Shown: piece by piece, positions 20,114 to 28,460 of the stretch
Position numbering within the stretch: position 1 is the first letter of the stretch
Layout of the letters: every line of letters starts with the position of its first letter
Assembly: GCA_965208825.1 (NCBI GenBank)
Contig: CBDBPP010000002.1
Coordinates: 229,854-293,853, forward strand
Source of the DNA: Dehalococcoidia bacterium
GTDB lineage: Bacteria; Chloroflexota; Dehalococcoidia; Lucifugimonadales; UBA3495
DNA length: 64,000 nt
Reading direction: 5' to 3'
Program-made: the position numbers and the translations under genes
Notes under the pieces: model-generated
The model's database searches: none
What the model was told of the DNA's origin: nothing
Seen by the model: only the letters and a program-made list of their open reading frames with translations

Positions 20114-21075
20114 CCGCCAAGCCCGCCCCGTGCCGCCAGAATGCCGACCGCCAGCGTCGCACCCATGACCGCTACCGCAAGGGCCACCCGCACTGCCGTT
20201 CCGATGTGGCCGGGTTCAGGTTGGTCCAGGCCCTCGCCGATGCGGTAATGTCCCGCTTTCTCCAGTGCCACGCCCAGCAGTCCGGACATCGCCCCAATCG
20301 TCCAACCCGCGTTCGGGCTCGACGTCAGGCGCCCGCCTGCGCGGCACCAGCGAATGCCTCGACGCACCGGTAGCCGCCAGAAGGCCCCTGCCGCCAGGAT
20401 CATGCCTGCACTGATCCGCGCCGGAACGACGTTTACAAGGTCGTCCAGCCGCGCTGACGCCTTACCCAGATATTCGTACTTCCCGCGATAGCCAATCATG
20501 CTGTCCAGCGTATTCACCGCCCGGTAGGCGAACGCCCCCGGTAGCCCCAGCAGTGCGAAGGCCAGCCACGGGCCGACGTAGCTGTCCGTCGTGTTCTCGG
20601 CCACCGACTCTATAGCCGCAGCCGACGTCATCGACCGGTCCAGCGAACTGGCGTCCCGGCTCACCAGGCTCCGCAGACCATCCCGTGCCTCACCCATGCT
20701 GCCCTCGCGCATCGAGTCCCGCACGCCGTACGCCGCTTGCGCCAGGCCCTTTACCGCGAACGTGGTGTTTAGCAGCACAGCCACACCTGCGATGTAGGGC
20801 CACGGCCCCAGCTCCCGCAGCCCGTTGGCCGCGACCCATGCCGCCCCTCCGAATATTGCAGGCACTGCGAGCGACATCAGTCCTCCCCAGACCAGAGCGG
20901 GCCATTTTGCCGTCGGCGGTGGACCGGACCTCTCCAGCCATGAGACCAGCTTCCCCATCCAGACAACCGGATGGATGGCACTTGGCAACTCCCTGAGAGC
21001 CACATCTATCGCCAGCGCCAGCAACAGGGCTCCCGCGTCAAGATACCACTCTCCCGGAAATAATCGCCACTCCAT
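20110..21075 (-). CDS. cbiB: adenosylcobinamide-phosphate synthase
   Basis: LDSMIGYRGKYEYLGKASARLDDLVNVVPAR motif. Membrane protein. Confidence 0.9.
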   Translation of the reverse strand: MEWRLFPGEWYLDAGALLLALAIDVALRELPSAIHPVVWMGKLVSWLERSGPPPTAKWPALVWGGLMSLAVPAIFGGAAWVAANGLRELGPWPYIAGVAVLLNTTFAVKGLAQAAYGVRDSMREGSMGEARDGLRSLVSRDASSLDRSMTSAAAIESVAENTTDSYVGPWLAFALLGLPGAFAYRAVNTLDSMIGYRGKYEYLGKASARLDDLVNVVPARISAGMILAAGAFWRLPVRRGIRWCRAGGRLTSSPNAGWTIGAMSGLLGVALEKAGHYRIGEGLDQPEPGHIGTAVRVALAVAVMGATLAVGILAARGGLGG

Positions 21076-21093
21076 ATCGGGTTGGTTGGGGCC

Positions 21094-21897
21094 TCACCAG
21101 CCTATACGATGGACCGGCTCAAAGAAGCTTTCGGACACCCCGTAAGCCACCAAAGCGGCCAACACCAGCACTGCGGCCTCCGATACCTCGTTCACGGCTC
21201 CGTAAACGTCGCCCGTTACTCCGCCCAGCAGCCTGCTTGCCCACGCGGCCATTGCCAGGGCCACTGCGGTGGCCAGTCCCAGCAGGACGAGGCCCGCCGG
21301 TCCGGCCAGCGCGACCGTGGCGGCCAGGGCCACCACCAGCCCTGCCAGCAGCTGCCATCGACCTCCCTTGGGCTGAAACGGCACCCCGATTCCCTGGGGC
21401 CGTACGTACGAGAATAATTCCAGCACAACCAGCATTCCCCAGCGCGACAGGGCGGGAAAGAGAAGCAGAATCCAGAACCGGCCCGGCGGCGGCAGGGCCA
21501 TGATAGCAGCAACCTTGATCAGCAGCAGGCTCACCACACCCACGACCGCGAACGCGCCAACGTGGGAGTCCCTCAAGATCTCCAGCCTTCGTTCCCGGTC
21601 AAAGCCCCCCAGCAGCGCGTCGCAGCAGTCCATGAATCCGTCAAGATGCAGGGCGCGGGTCAGTGCGGCTATTGCAATCACCAGGACCGAGGCGGAGAGC
21701 AGCGGCGGGAACGCTCTCTGCTCCTCCGTGAAAAGCGGATATCCCCAGTGCATCAGCAGGTCGAGACCCACCAGCACCAGTCCCAGAAGCAGCCCGGCAA
21801 CGGGAAACCAGCCCCGGGCCGATTGCAGTCCCGCCTCTCCCTTGGGCGCGAGAGGAAGTATCGTCAGGAATCCCAGGGCCGAACGGAGCCCGTTCAC
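21094..21897 (-). CDS. cobS: adenosylcobinamide-GDP ribazoletransferase (cobalamin synthase)
   Basis: ALGFLTILPL N-terminus and LLGGVTGDVYGA. Polytopic. Confidence 0.9.
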   Translation of the reverse strand: MNGLRSALGFLTILPLAPKGEAGLQSARGWFPVAGLLLGLVLVGLDLLMHWGYPLFTEEQRAFPPLLSASVLVIAIAALTRALHLDGFMDCCDALLGGFDRERRLEILRDSHVGAFAVVGVVSLLLIKVAAIMALPPPGRFWILLLFPALSRWGMLVVLELFSYVRPQGIGVPFQPKGGRWQLLAGLVVALAATVALAGPAGLVLLGLATAVALAMAAWASRLLGGVTGDVYGAVNEVSEAAVLVLAALVAYGVSESFFEPVHRIGW

Positions 21898-22982
21898 GGA
21901 GGGCCGTCGCCCTCCGTTTCCCTATCCGACACCCCTGCCTCCGCGAATGTGGCCATCTCCGACAGCGTCGCGGCGGCGGCCTCGACGATGGGAATCGCCA
22001 GTGCCGCCCCCGTCCCTTCACCCAGCCTCATGCCCAGGTCAAACAGCGGTTCCAGTCCCAGCGCCGACAACGCTCCGCGATGGCCCCGTTCCGCAGAGAC
22101 GTGGGAGGCGATCATGTAATCACGGGCAGGCGGACAAACTGCTTGGGCTACCAGGGCTGCCGCGCTTGAGATAAAACCGTCGATTACCACCGGGCGGCGC
22201 ATCGCCGCCGCTCCCAGCATGACTCCGGACAGCACCCCAATCTCGAACCCACCTAGCTTCATAAGGAGGTCCGTCCCCTCCAACGGGTCAGGAGAATTGA
22301 CCGCCAGGGCGGTCCGCACCACCGCTATCTTGTGCTGGATTTCCTCCGCGCTTCTCCCGGTGCCCTCCCCGGTGGTCAATTCGGGGTCCAGACCGGTCAC
22401 CGCGGCTGTAATGGCGCTGGATGCGGTCGTGTTGCCGATCCCCATGTCCCCGGTGGCCAGCAGGTCGACGCCGGAGTCGGTCACCTCCGCCGCCAGGTTG
22501 ATGCCGGCCTCCAGGCACTCCTCCGCCTCCCGGCGTGTCATCGCTGGCCCCAGGCTGATGTCTCGGGTTCCCCGGCCGATCTTGAGCTGTCTCAGTTCCG
22601 GGTGCTCAGGCAGGTCCGCCGCCACGCCCGCGTCTACGATCACCTGTCGGATCCCCAGGTGCCGGCACATCACGCTGATGGCCGCCCCTCCGGCCAGGAA
22701 GTTCAGCACCATCTGCGCCGTCACCTCCTGCGGATATCCCGTAACGCCCTGGGCCACGACCCCATGGTCGCCCGCAGCAACGATCACCGCCTTCCCGCCG
22801 ATCGATGGCCTGGCCGTTCTGAATATCCCGGCCAGCCTGATGGAGAGCTCCTCCAGGCGCCCCAGGCTGCCCGGTGGCTTGGTCAGGCTGCCTTGTCTCG
22901 CCTCCGCCAGGGCCATGGCGGCGGCATCCGCAGGCTCTATTCGCTCGATCGCCTGGGACAGCGTGATCGTCCTTTCAGGCAT
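21894..22982 (-). CDS. cobT: nicotinate-nucleotide--dimethylbenzimidazole phosphoribosyltransferase
   Basis: Motifs PGSLGRLEELSIRLAG, GDMGIGNTTASS and RLGEGTGAALA. ATG 22982 avoids overlap with the upstream ATPase gene. Confidence 0.9.
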   Translation of the reverse strand: MPERTITLSQAIERIEPADAAAMALAEARQGSLTKPPGSLGRLEELSIRLAGIFRTARPSIGGKAVIVAAGDHGVVAQGVTGYPQEVTAQMVLNFLAGGAAISVMCRHLGIRQVIVDAGVAADLPEHPELRQLKIGRGTRDISLGPAMTRREAEECLEAGINLAAEVTDSGVDLLATGDMGIGNTTASSAITAAVTGLDPELTTGEGTGRSAEEIQHKIAVVRTALAVNSPDPLEGTDLLMKLGGFEIGVLSGVMLGAAAMRRPVVIDGFISSAAALVAQAVCPPARDYMIASHVSAERGHRGALSALGLEPLFDLGMRLGEGTGAALAIPIVEAAAATLSEMATFAEAGVSDRETEGDGPP

Positions 22983-23020
22983 CGCCCCAGACCTCCCGGC
23001 CGGAATTTGGTTCGGTAGCG

Positions 23021-23821
23021 CTATTCCGATGGCCCGATGAGCCACACCTGCGGGCACCCGGTGCCCGGATCGAGCTGCACCGACGTTTCCACTCCAAAGG
23101 CCGCCCGGAGGTTGGAGGGCGTGAGCACCTCCACCGGCGTGCCCTCGGCAGCAACCCGGCCCTCCGACAGGAGGATCAGCCGGTCGCAGTACCGTCCCGC
23201 CAGCGACACGTCGTGCAGTGCCACAACCACCGCGACCTGGCGCATCTCGGCCTCCGCCCTCAGCATCTCCATCATCGACAGCCGGTGCCGCAGGTCCAGG
23301 TTGGAAGACGGCTCGTCCAGCAGGATGACGCCGGCCTGCTGCGCCAGCGCCCGGGCCAGTATTACCCGCTGGCGTTCGCCGCCCGACAGGCGGTCGAGCT
23401 GCCGGTCCTCGAACTGCGACGTGTCCGTTCGGGACATCGCATCCAGCGCGATATCGCGGTCCTGCCGTCCCTCCAGTTCAAATCGCCCCAGGTGTGCGTA
23501 CCTTCCCATCAACACCGTCTCCAGCGCGGTGAACGGATGGGTCGCGTCGTGCTGCGGCATAAAGGCGATGCGCCTGGCCCGCTGCCCCGCGTTGAGCGTT
23601 CCCAGTGATTCCTCGCCGATTGCCACCTCTCCCGAATCCGGACGGACCAGGCCGGCCAGCACCCGCAGCAGGGTGCTCTTGCCGGCCCCGTTGGGCCCGA
23701 TCAGTCCGGCCACCTCCCCGGGACGGCCCTCGAAGGACACTCCCCTGAGCACCGGATTCCCGCCCAGCTTCACGAAGATTCCGTCGGCGCTGATGGCGGC
23801 CGCACTTACCTGGGTTGCCAT
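23021..23821 (-). CDS. btuD: ABC transporter ATP-binding protein (BtuD/FepC type)
   Basis: Walker A GPNGAGKST, signature LSGGERQRV and Walker B ILLDEP. Lies in a riboswitch-controlled operon. Confidence 0.85.
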   Translation of the reverse strand: MATQVSAAAISADGIFVKLGGNPVLRGVSFEGRPGEVAGLIGPNGAGKSTLLRVLAGLVRPDSGEVAIGEESLGTLNAGQRARRIAFMPQHDATHPFTALETVLMGRYAHLGRFELEGRQDRDIALDAMSRTDTSQFEDRQLDRLSGGERQRVILARALAQQAGVILLDEPSSNLDLRHRLSMMEMLRAEAEMRQVAVVVALHDVSLAGRYCDRLILLSEGRVAAEGTPVEVLTPSNLRAAFGVETSVQLDPGTGCPQVWLIGPSE

Positions 23822-23825
23822 CCGC

Positions 23826-25103
23826 TTATTCCTCGTCGTATGGCTCGAAATCGCTGAAGGTCATGCCTGCGAACAGTCCGGGATAAAGAATCTGCGCCAC
23901 CACCTCGATGCCCCTGACATTCCAGTGCGACAGCGTCGTGAATCGCTTCGACCCCACCACGTGGATCCTCTCGTCGACGATGGCCGGCACCTCCGCTAGC
24001 GCCGGGTGCGCCAGCAGGTCCGCCCGCAGTGATTCTCCACCCTCGCCCGACTGGGTGATAAAAATCACCTGGGGATTCAACGCTGCCACCGATTCGATGC
24101 TGACCTTTTGTATACCCTCGATTCCATCACGGGCCGCGGTATTAGTACCCCCGGCCGCCTCCATGATACCCCCAACGGTGGTGTCCTTGCCCGGCACGTA
24201 CAGCGTTTCCGAGTATCGCGTTATGGACATCGTATTCGGACGGCTGGCGTCCCCTGCCGGTGGCACCACATCGGTGATCGTATCGAGCCTGCTCCGAATC
24301 TCAGCGACCAGTTCCAGGGCCCGGTCCTCGACGCCCAGCATGTAACCGTAGAGCAGTATGTTCGGTATGTTTCCCTCCGAGGAGTTCTCCAGGGCCGGAC
24401 GCGCCACCGGCACACCCGCCTCCCTGATCAGGCTGACTATGTCCTCCTTGGTGCTCTTGGAGGCAATGAACAGGTCCGGTTCCTGTGCGAGGACGTTCTC
24501 CGCGCCCTTCTCGTAGACCTCCAGCCCCTCCACGCGGTCTGCCACGTTGGAATAGGCCGCGTTCCCCGTAAATTTTCCGATGGCCGCAATCCGGTCCCGG
24601 GGCAACAGGGACAGCAGGATCTCGTCGTGTCCCAGGGAATAGGTCAACACCCTTTGGGGCGGCTCTTCCAGCGTGATCCGTCCCTCTATGGTCTCAATCT
24701 CCCTTGGCCACCCCGTGTTCGACGGATCGACTATGCCCGGCACAGCCGGGTACGGCACCTCCGTCGGCGGCGGCGGCGCCGTGGGCTGGGGAGTACTCGT
24801 CGGCACTGCCGTGGCCGTCGGTACGACGGGCCCGGATTTCGAGGGTGTGGCGAGCGCCTCCGTGGGCGCCTCCGTCGGTTGTGGCAACGGCGTGTTCGTG
24901 GGTGCCGTCGTAGCCGTGGGTTCCGCAGTGGGAGCCTCCGGTGTACTCGTGGGAGCAGGCGCCTCGGTGGCCGCGATCATCGCGGTCGGCACCGCCGTGG
25001 CCGTTGACGCCCCTTCACCGCCGCACGCCAGCGCCCCGATAGCCAACAGCGACAATATCACCAGCCAAATTGCCGTACTCGCCCCATTCCTGACTGTAAT
25101 CAT
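23826..25103 (-). CDS. btuF: periplasmic-binding-protein-type substrate-binding lipoprotein (BtuF-like)
   Basis: Lipobox LLAIGALACGG and a roughly 110-aa Pro/Thr/Ala-rich linker. This is followed by a class III SBP core (RVLTYSLGHDEILLSLLPRDRIAAIG...EPDLFIAS). Confidence 0.8.
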   Translation of the reverse strand: MITVRNGASTAIWLVILSLLAIGALACGGEGASTATAVPTAMIAATEAPAPTSTPEAPTAEPTATTAPTNTPLPQPTEAPTEALATPSKSGPVVPTATAVPTSTPQPTAPPPPTEVPYPAVPGIVDPSNTGWPREIETIEGRITLEEPPQRVLTYSLGHDEILLSLLPRDRIAAIGKFTGNAAYSNVADRVEGLEVYEKGAENVLAQEPDLFIASKSTKEDIVSLIREAGVPVARPALENSSEGNIPNILLYGYMLGVEDRALELVAEIRSRLDTITDVVPPAGDASRPNTMSITRYSETLYVPGKDTTVGGIMEAAGGTNTAARDGIEGIQKVSIESVAALNPQVIFITQSGEGGESLRADLLAHPALAEVPAIVDERIHVVGSKRFTTLSHWNVRGIEVVAQILYPGLFAGMTFSDFEPYDEE

Positions 25104-25173
25104 CTCTTGTGTTCGTCCTTCGGGAACACTGGCCCCCGCCAGCCATCCCCTTCGCCTGGATTTGTGCCTGCCT

Positions 25174-26202
25174 CTAAAGCATCGATGCCCGCGCCTTGTT
25201 TCGCGCCAGCAGCATCAGGAAGAATGGGGCGCCGACCAGGGCTGTTATTATCCCCACGCTCACCTCGGCAGGCGCGATCACCATCCTGGCCAGCGTATCC
25301 GCCGCCAGCAGAAAGATCGCGCCGCCCAAAGCGCTCAGGGGTATCAGCACCCGGTTGTCAGCCCCCGCGACCAGTCGCAGCGCGTGCGGGACAATCAGCC
25401 CCACGAAGGCGATTGTCCCGGAGAACGCCACCGCCGTCCCGGTAATCAGGGAGGCCGCCGCCAGCAGCGAGTTCCGGGTGAGATTCACCCGGACCCCCAG
25501 CGAACGCGCCTCGTCCTCGCTCACCATCAGCAGGTTCAGGTCCCTCGACAGGAACACCGCCACGGCGACACCGAACAGCACGAACGGCAGAGCCAGCCGG
25601 ACCTCCCCCCAGCGCGATGCGTCCAGCCCGCCGGCCAGCCAGAACAGCATGTCCCGCTGGGCCTCCAGGTTCTCCGTGAACAGGATGATGGCGGAGATGA
25701 TGGCCGCGACGAACGCTCCCACGGCAATCCCCGACAGCAGCAGGGCCGACATGGAGAATCGTCCGCCAACCGAGGCCACCGCGTACACCAGCGCCAGTGT
25801 GCCGCCCGCCCCCAGGAACGACATGCCCGGCAGGGCCAGCGCGAAAGCCGCCTGCGCTCCCGTCGATATCGCCACGATCGCCCCCAGCGCCCCTCCCGCG
25901 GACACACCGATGATGCCCGGATCGGCCATCGGGTTTCGGAACAGGCCCTGCATAACGGCGCCCGATACCCCCAGCGCGGCTCCCACCAGCAGGGTCAGCG
26001 CGATCCGCGGCAGCCGTACGGAAGCAACGATAGCCTGCTCGGTCTGTGGGGCCGTGGCCTCGCCCACTCCGACCTGGGCCAGCAGGATATCCAGGGTATG
26101 GGTCAGGGGAATCGTGAAGGGGCCCAGCGCCACCGCGACGATCACCAGCGCCAGTCCGACTACCAGAAGGGGAACTGCCCCCGCGGCGAGTCTCAACAGC
26201 AC
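25174..26202 (-). CDS. btuC: FecCD-family ABC permease (BtuC-like)
   Basis: RLPRIALTLLVGAALGVSGAVMQGLFRNPMADPGIIGVSAGG motif. The start is uncertain (GTG 26202 or TTG 26235). The track start 26400 is excluded because a terminator hairpin lies inside that extension. Confidence 0.85.
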   Translation of the reverse strand: MLLRLAAGAVPLLVVGLALVIVAVALGPFTIPLTHTLDILLAQVGVGEATAPQTEQAIVASVRLPRIALTLLVGAALGVSGAVMQGLFRNPMADPGIIGVSAGGALGAIVAISTGAQAAFALALPGMSFLGAGGTLALVYAVASVGGRFSMSALLLSGIAVGAFVAAIISAIILFTENLEAQRDMLFWLAGGLDASRWGEVRLALPFVLFGVAVAVFLSRDLNLLMVSEDEARSLGVRVNLTRNSLLAAASLITGTAVAFSGTIAFVGLIVPHALRLVAGADNRVLIPLSALGGAIFLLAADTLARMVIAPAEVSVGIITALVGAPFFLMLLARNKARASML

Positions 26203-26326
26203 GGGAGACCAGCCGATGGCCGGTGAGCGCTTCAACCAGCTCAGGTAGAGCCGCGCAATCTGCCTGCCGATGGGCTGCCTTTCCTCGTCGGAGCGCAGGT
26301 TCGTCGCCCCTGACCGCGCTGTGTGC

Positions 26327-26361
26327 AAAACAAAATCCCCGCCGCCTTCGCCGCGACGGGG
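26327..26361 (-). terminator. riboswitch expression-platform terminator
   Basis: Minus strand reads CCCCGTCGC-GGCGAAG-GCGGCGGGG followed by ATTTTGTTTT. Confidence 0.7.
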
Positions 26362-26404
26362 ACTGCCCTTTAGACCTGCAGCCCCCCTGCGGGCCTGCAC
26401 TGTA

Positions 26405-26615
26405 CCTGAGCACTCCGCAGACGAAGAGCAACCGCTCAGTTCAGCCCGGCAGGTCTCCTGGCTCCCGGATCATCGCCTCTTCCGCGCCTTCCCATCCACC
26501 TGGCGGACAGTGGCTACAGCGGCTGGCTCCCCGGTCACAGTGGCGCCTCCGCAACGGATTTTCACCGCTTTCCCTTGTGCACCCGTTTATCGTGTGCGCC
26601 GTGCTGATCAATCTG
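26405..26615 (-). promoter_or_regulatory. cobalamin (B12) riboswitch
   Basis: The minus strand carries GGGAAAGCGGTGAAAATCCG, GCCACTGT, GGGAAGGCG and the B12 box AGCCAGGAGACCTGCC (plus coords 26448-26463). Confidence 0.9.
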
Positions 26616-26628
26616 GATATTTTTAGCG

Positions 26629-26657
26629 ATGCTAGCAGTGGGCCCGTGGATTGTCAA
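26629..26657 (-). promoter_or_regulatory. candidate promoter of the btu-cob operon
   Basis: Minus strand reads TTGACA-N17-TAGCAT, just upstream of the riboswitch. Confidence 0.45.
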
Positions 26658-26800
26658 CTTTGCCTGGGGCGCAACAGGGTCTTTCGATCATTGCAAACTT
26701 CTGCCCCTCCTCCCGGTCCCAGCCGGCATCCCTGCTCTCTCCCGTCATTGCCCTAGACCTAGCTGTCTCAATTACGGCGCATTCGCCCTGGCCTCCGTCC

Positions 26801-28073
26801 CAGGGCCTTTTCATTTTCTTAAAGGAGTCTTAAAGTTGTGGTGAAGAAGTGAGGAGGTGGGGAAGATGAGATTGAGAGAAGCCTTGGATGGAGTTCCAGA
26901 CCACCGGAGCCGGCAAGGCCGGCGCCACCCATTGGGAGCGGTATTGAGTCTGTCAGTTTGCGCCATGCTATGTGGCTCCCGCAGTCTTTACGCCATTGCG
27001 CAATGGGGCCGGGACCAAGGAGCCACTGCTGGAGAGGAATTGGGTTTCCCACAGGGGAGAACGCCCTGCGTAGCCACCCTGCACCGGGTGTTCAAGGATC
27101 TGGACGTGGATGCCTTCGAAGGGGTGCTGCGGGAATGGGTGCGAGATAGTGGGGTGGATCTGGGCTCCGTGGTGTCAATAGACGGGAAGACGTTGCGTGG
27201 GATTCACGGTGAGGAACTGCCTGGGGTGCACCTGGTATCAGCCTACGCCACTGAGGGCAAGGCGGTGCTGAGCCAGGCAGCCACGGCGGGCAAGGGTCAG
27301 GAATTGGCAGCGGCCCAAGCAGTGTTGGGGCAGATTCCCCTGGAAGGGAGGATAGTGGTGGCGGACGCTCTGCTGACCCAACGGGAGGTGTGCCAGCAGA
27401 TTGTAGCTGGCGGCGGAGATTACCTGTTGCCGGTGAAGGAAAATCAGCCTGCATTGTGCCAGGACCTGGTGGAAGTATTTTCCCCCACTGGAAACTGATA
27501 GGGTTGCGGGGCCATGGGTACCGCCGTGGCAGGCTGAGGACTGGCGGGAGCGAGGGGCGGAGCTGACTGTGTGGGTGGATGTCTCGCCCAAGCAACGGCA
27601 CGGGCGCTGGGAGCGGCGGGAACTGTGGGCCTTGTCCGACCCGGAGGTGAACCGGTATGCGGGCAGCGCCGGATCGGTGGGGAAGGAGTGGCCCCACCTG
27701 CGGCAGGTATGCCGGCTGGAGCGGCAGAGGAGAGTCCGGGGACGCACCCAGGTGACGGTGAGCTATGCGGTGACCAGTCTTTCGCCCGAGGTTGCCGGAG
27801 CGGAACGTCTGTTGCAGATTCTTAGAGGGCATTGGAATATCGAGAACCAGGTGCATTGGGTCCGGGACGTCACCTTTGACGAAGACCGCTCCCAGGTAAG
27901 GAGCGGTAACGCCCCCCAGGTGATGGCAGCCTTTCGCAACCTGACCACCACCCTGGTGCGCTGGGCTGGTCATACCAACGTTGCCGCCGCCCTACGCCGC
28001 CACGCCGCTCACGTCTCCGAAGCCTTCTTACTCCTCGGCATTACCCCTGAATTCGGAGAATGAAAAGGCCCTG
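26801..28073 (+). mobile_element. ISAs1-family insertion sequence (1273 bp)
   Basis: Terminal inverted repeats CAGGGCCTTTTCATTTTC (26801-26818) and GAGAATGAAAAGGCCCTG (28056-28073) match 17/18. They are flanked by a 10-bp direct repeat GCCTCCGTCC (26791-26800 and 28074-28083). Confidence 0.85.
26857..28063 (+). pseudogene. ISAs1-family transposase interrupted by a frameshift
   Basis: The N-terminal part (DGVPDHRSRQGRRHPLGAVLSLSVCAMLCGSRSLYAIAQWG) ends at TGA 27496. The C-terminal part (LRGHWNIENQVHWVRDVTFDEDRS) is in the +1 frame, which is open from about 27479. The junction is a T4C5 homopolymer run at 27478-27486. Confidence 0.8.
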
Positions 28074-28092
28074 GCCTCCGTCCGTCGCCGTA

Positions 28093-28122
28093 TTGACATA
28101 CGAACGGAGGCTGAACTAAACT
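28093..28122 (+). promoter_or_regulatory. candidate promoter of the cbiE-cobN operon
   Basis: TTGACA-N18-TAAACT begins 10 nt after the right-hand target duplication of the IS and lies about 55 nt before the riboswitch P1. Confidence 0.45.
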
Positions 28123-28177
28123 GGATGGCGCGTCCCAGACTCTTTTGGGTCGGGTCGCCCGTTTAAAAACTGATTTT

Positions 28178-28300
28178 CCGCCCGGTGAATCGACCTCGAT
28201 TGCTTCAGGGGAAGGCGGTGAAAACCCGCCACGGTTGCGCCACTGTGATCGGATACCGGACTGAGACCGGGTCCGTAAGTCAGGAAACCTGTCCGGGTGG
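28178..28300 (+). promoter_or_regulatory. cobalamin (B12) riboswitch
   Basis: P1 pairs CCGCCCGG with CCGGGTGG. Also present are GGGGAAGGCGGTGAAAACCCGCC, GCGCCACTGT and the B12-box-like AGTCAGGAAACCTGTCC (28278-28294). Confidence 0.88.
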
Positions 28301-28364
28301 ACGTGCTCTACTTCTGCGCTCAACAGAAAGGCACTCGAGAGAAGTGGCCTGTCCCTTGGGGACC

Positions 28365-28399
28365 GTCTCCGGCAGTTGTGGAGCCGGAGACTTTTTTTT
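28365..28399 (+). terminator. riboswitch expression-platform terminator
   Basis: GTCTCCGGC-loop-GCCGGAGAC followed by T8. Confidence 0.8.
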
Positions 28400-28460
28400 G
28401 GCCTAGATTCTCAAATGAGGGGGGTTCCTCATCCCTGAATCCGATGAAAAACCCGGCACC

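Noticed and set aside
24108-26431. Several long ORFs overlapping the SBP and permease genes (24108-25007+, 24673-26226+, 25196-26248+, 25358-26431-).
   Set aside because: They are Arg/Pro/Gly/Gln-rich, low-complexity translations in alternative frames. The minus-strand frames chosen instead carry clear SBP and FecCD motifs.
27470-27500. Programmed ribosomal frameshifting in the ISAs1 transposase.
   Set aside because: ISAs1-family transposases are normally single ORFs. The break is a +1 offset at a T4C5 homopolymer without a downstream structure that I can see. An indel, real or from sequencing, is the simpler explanation.
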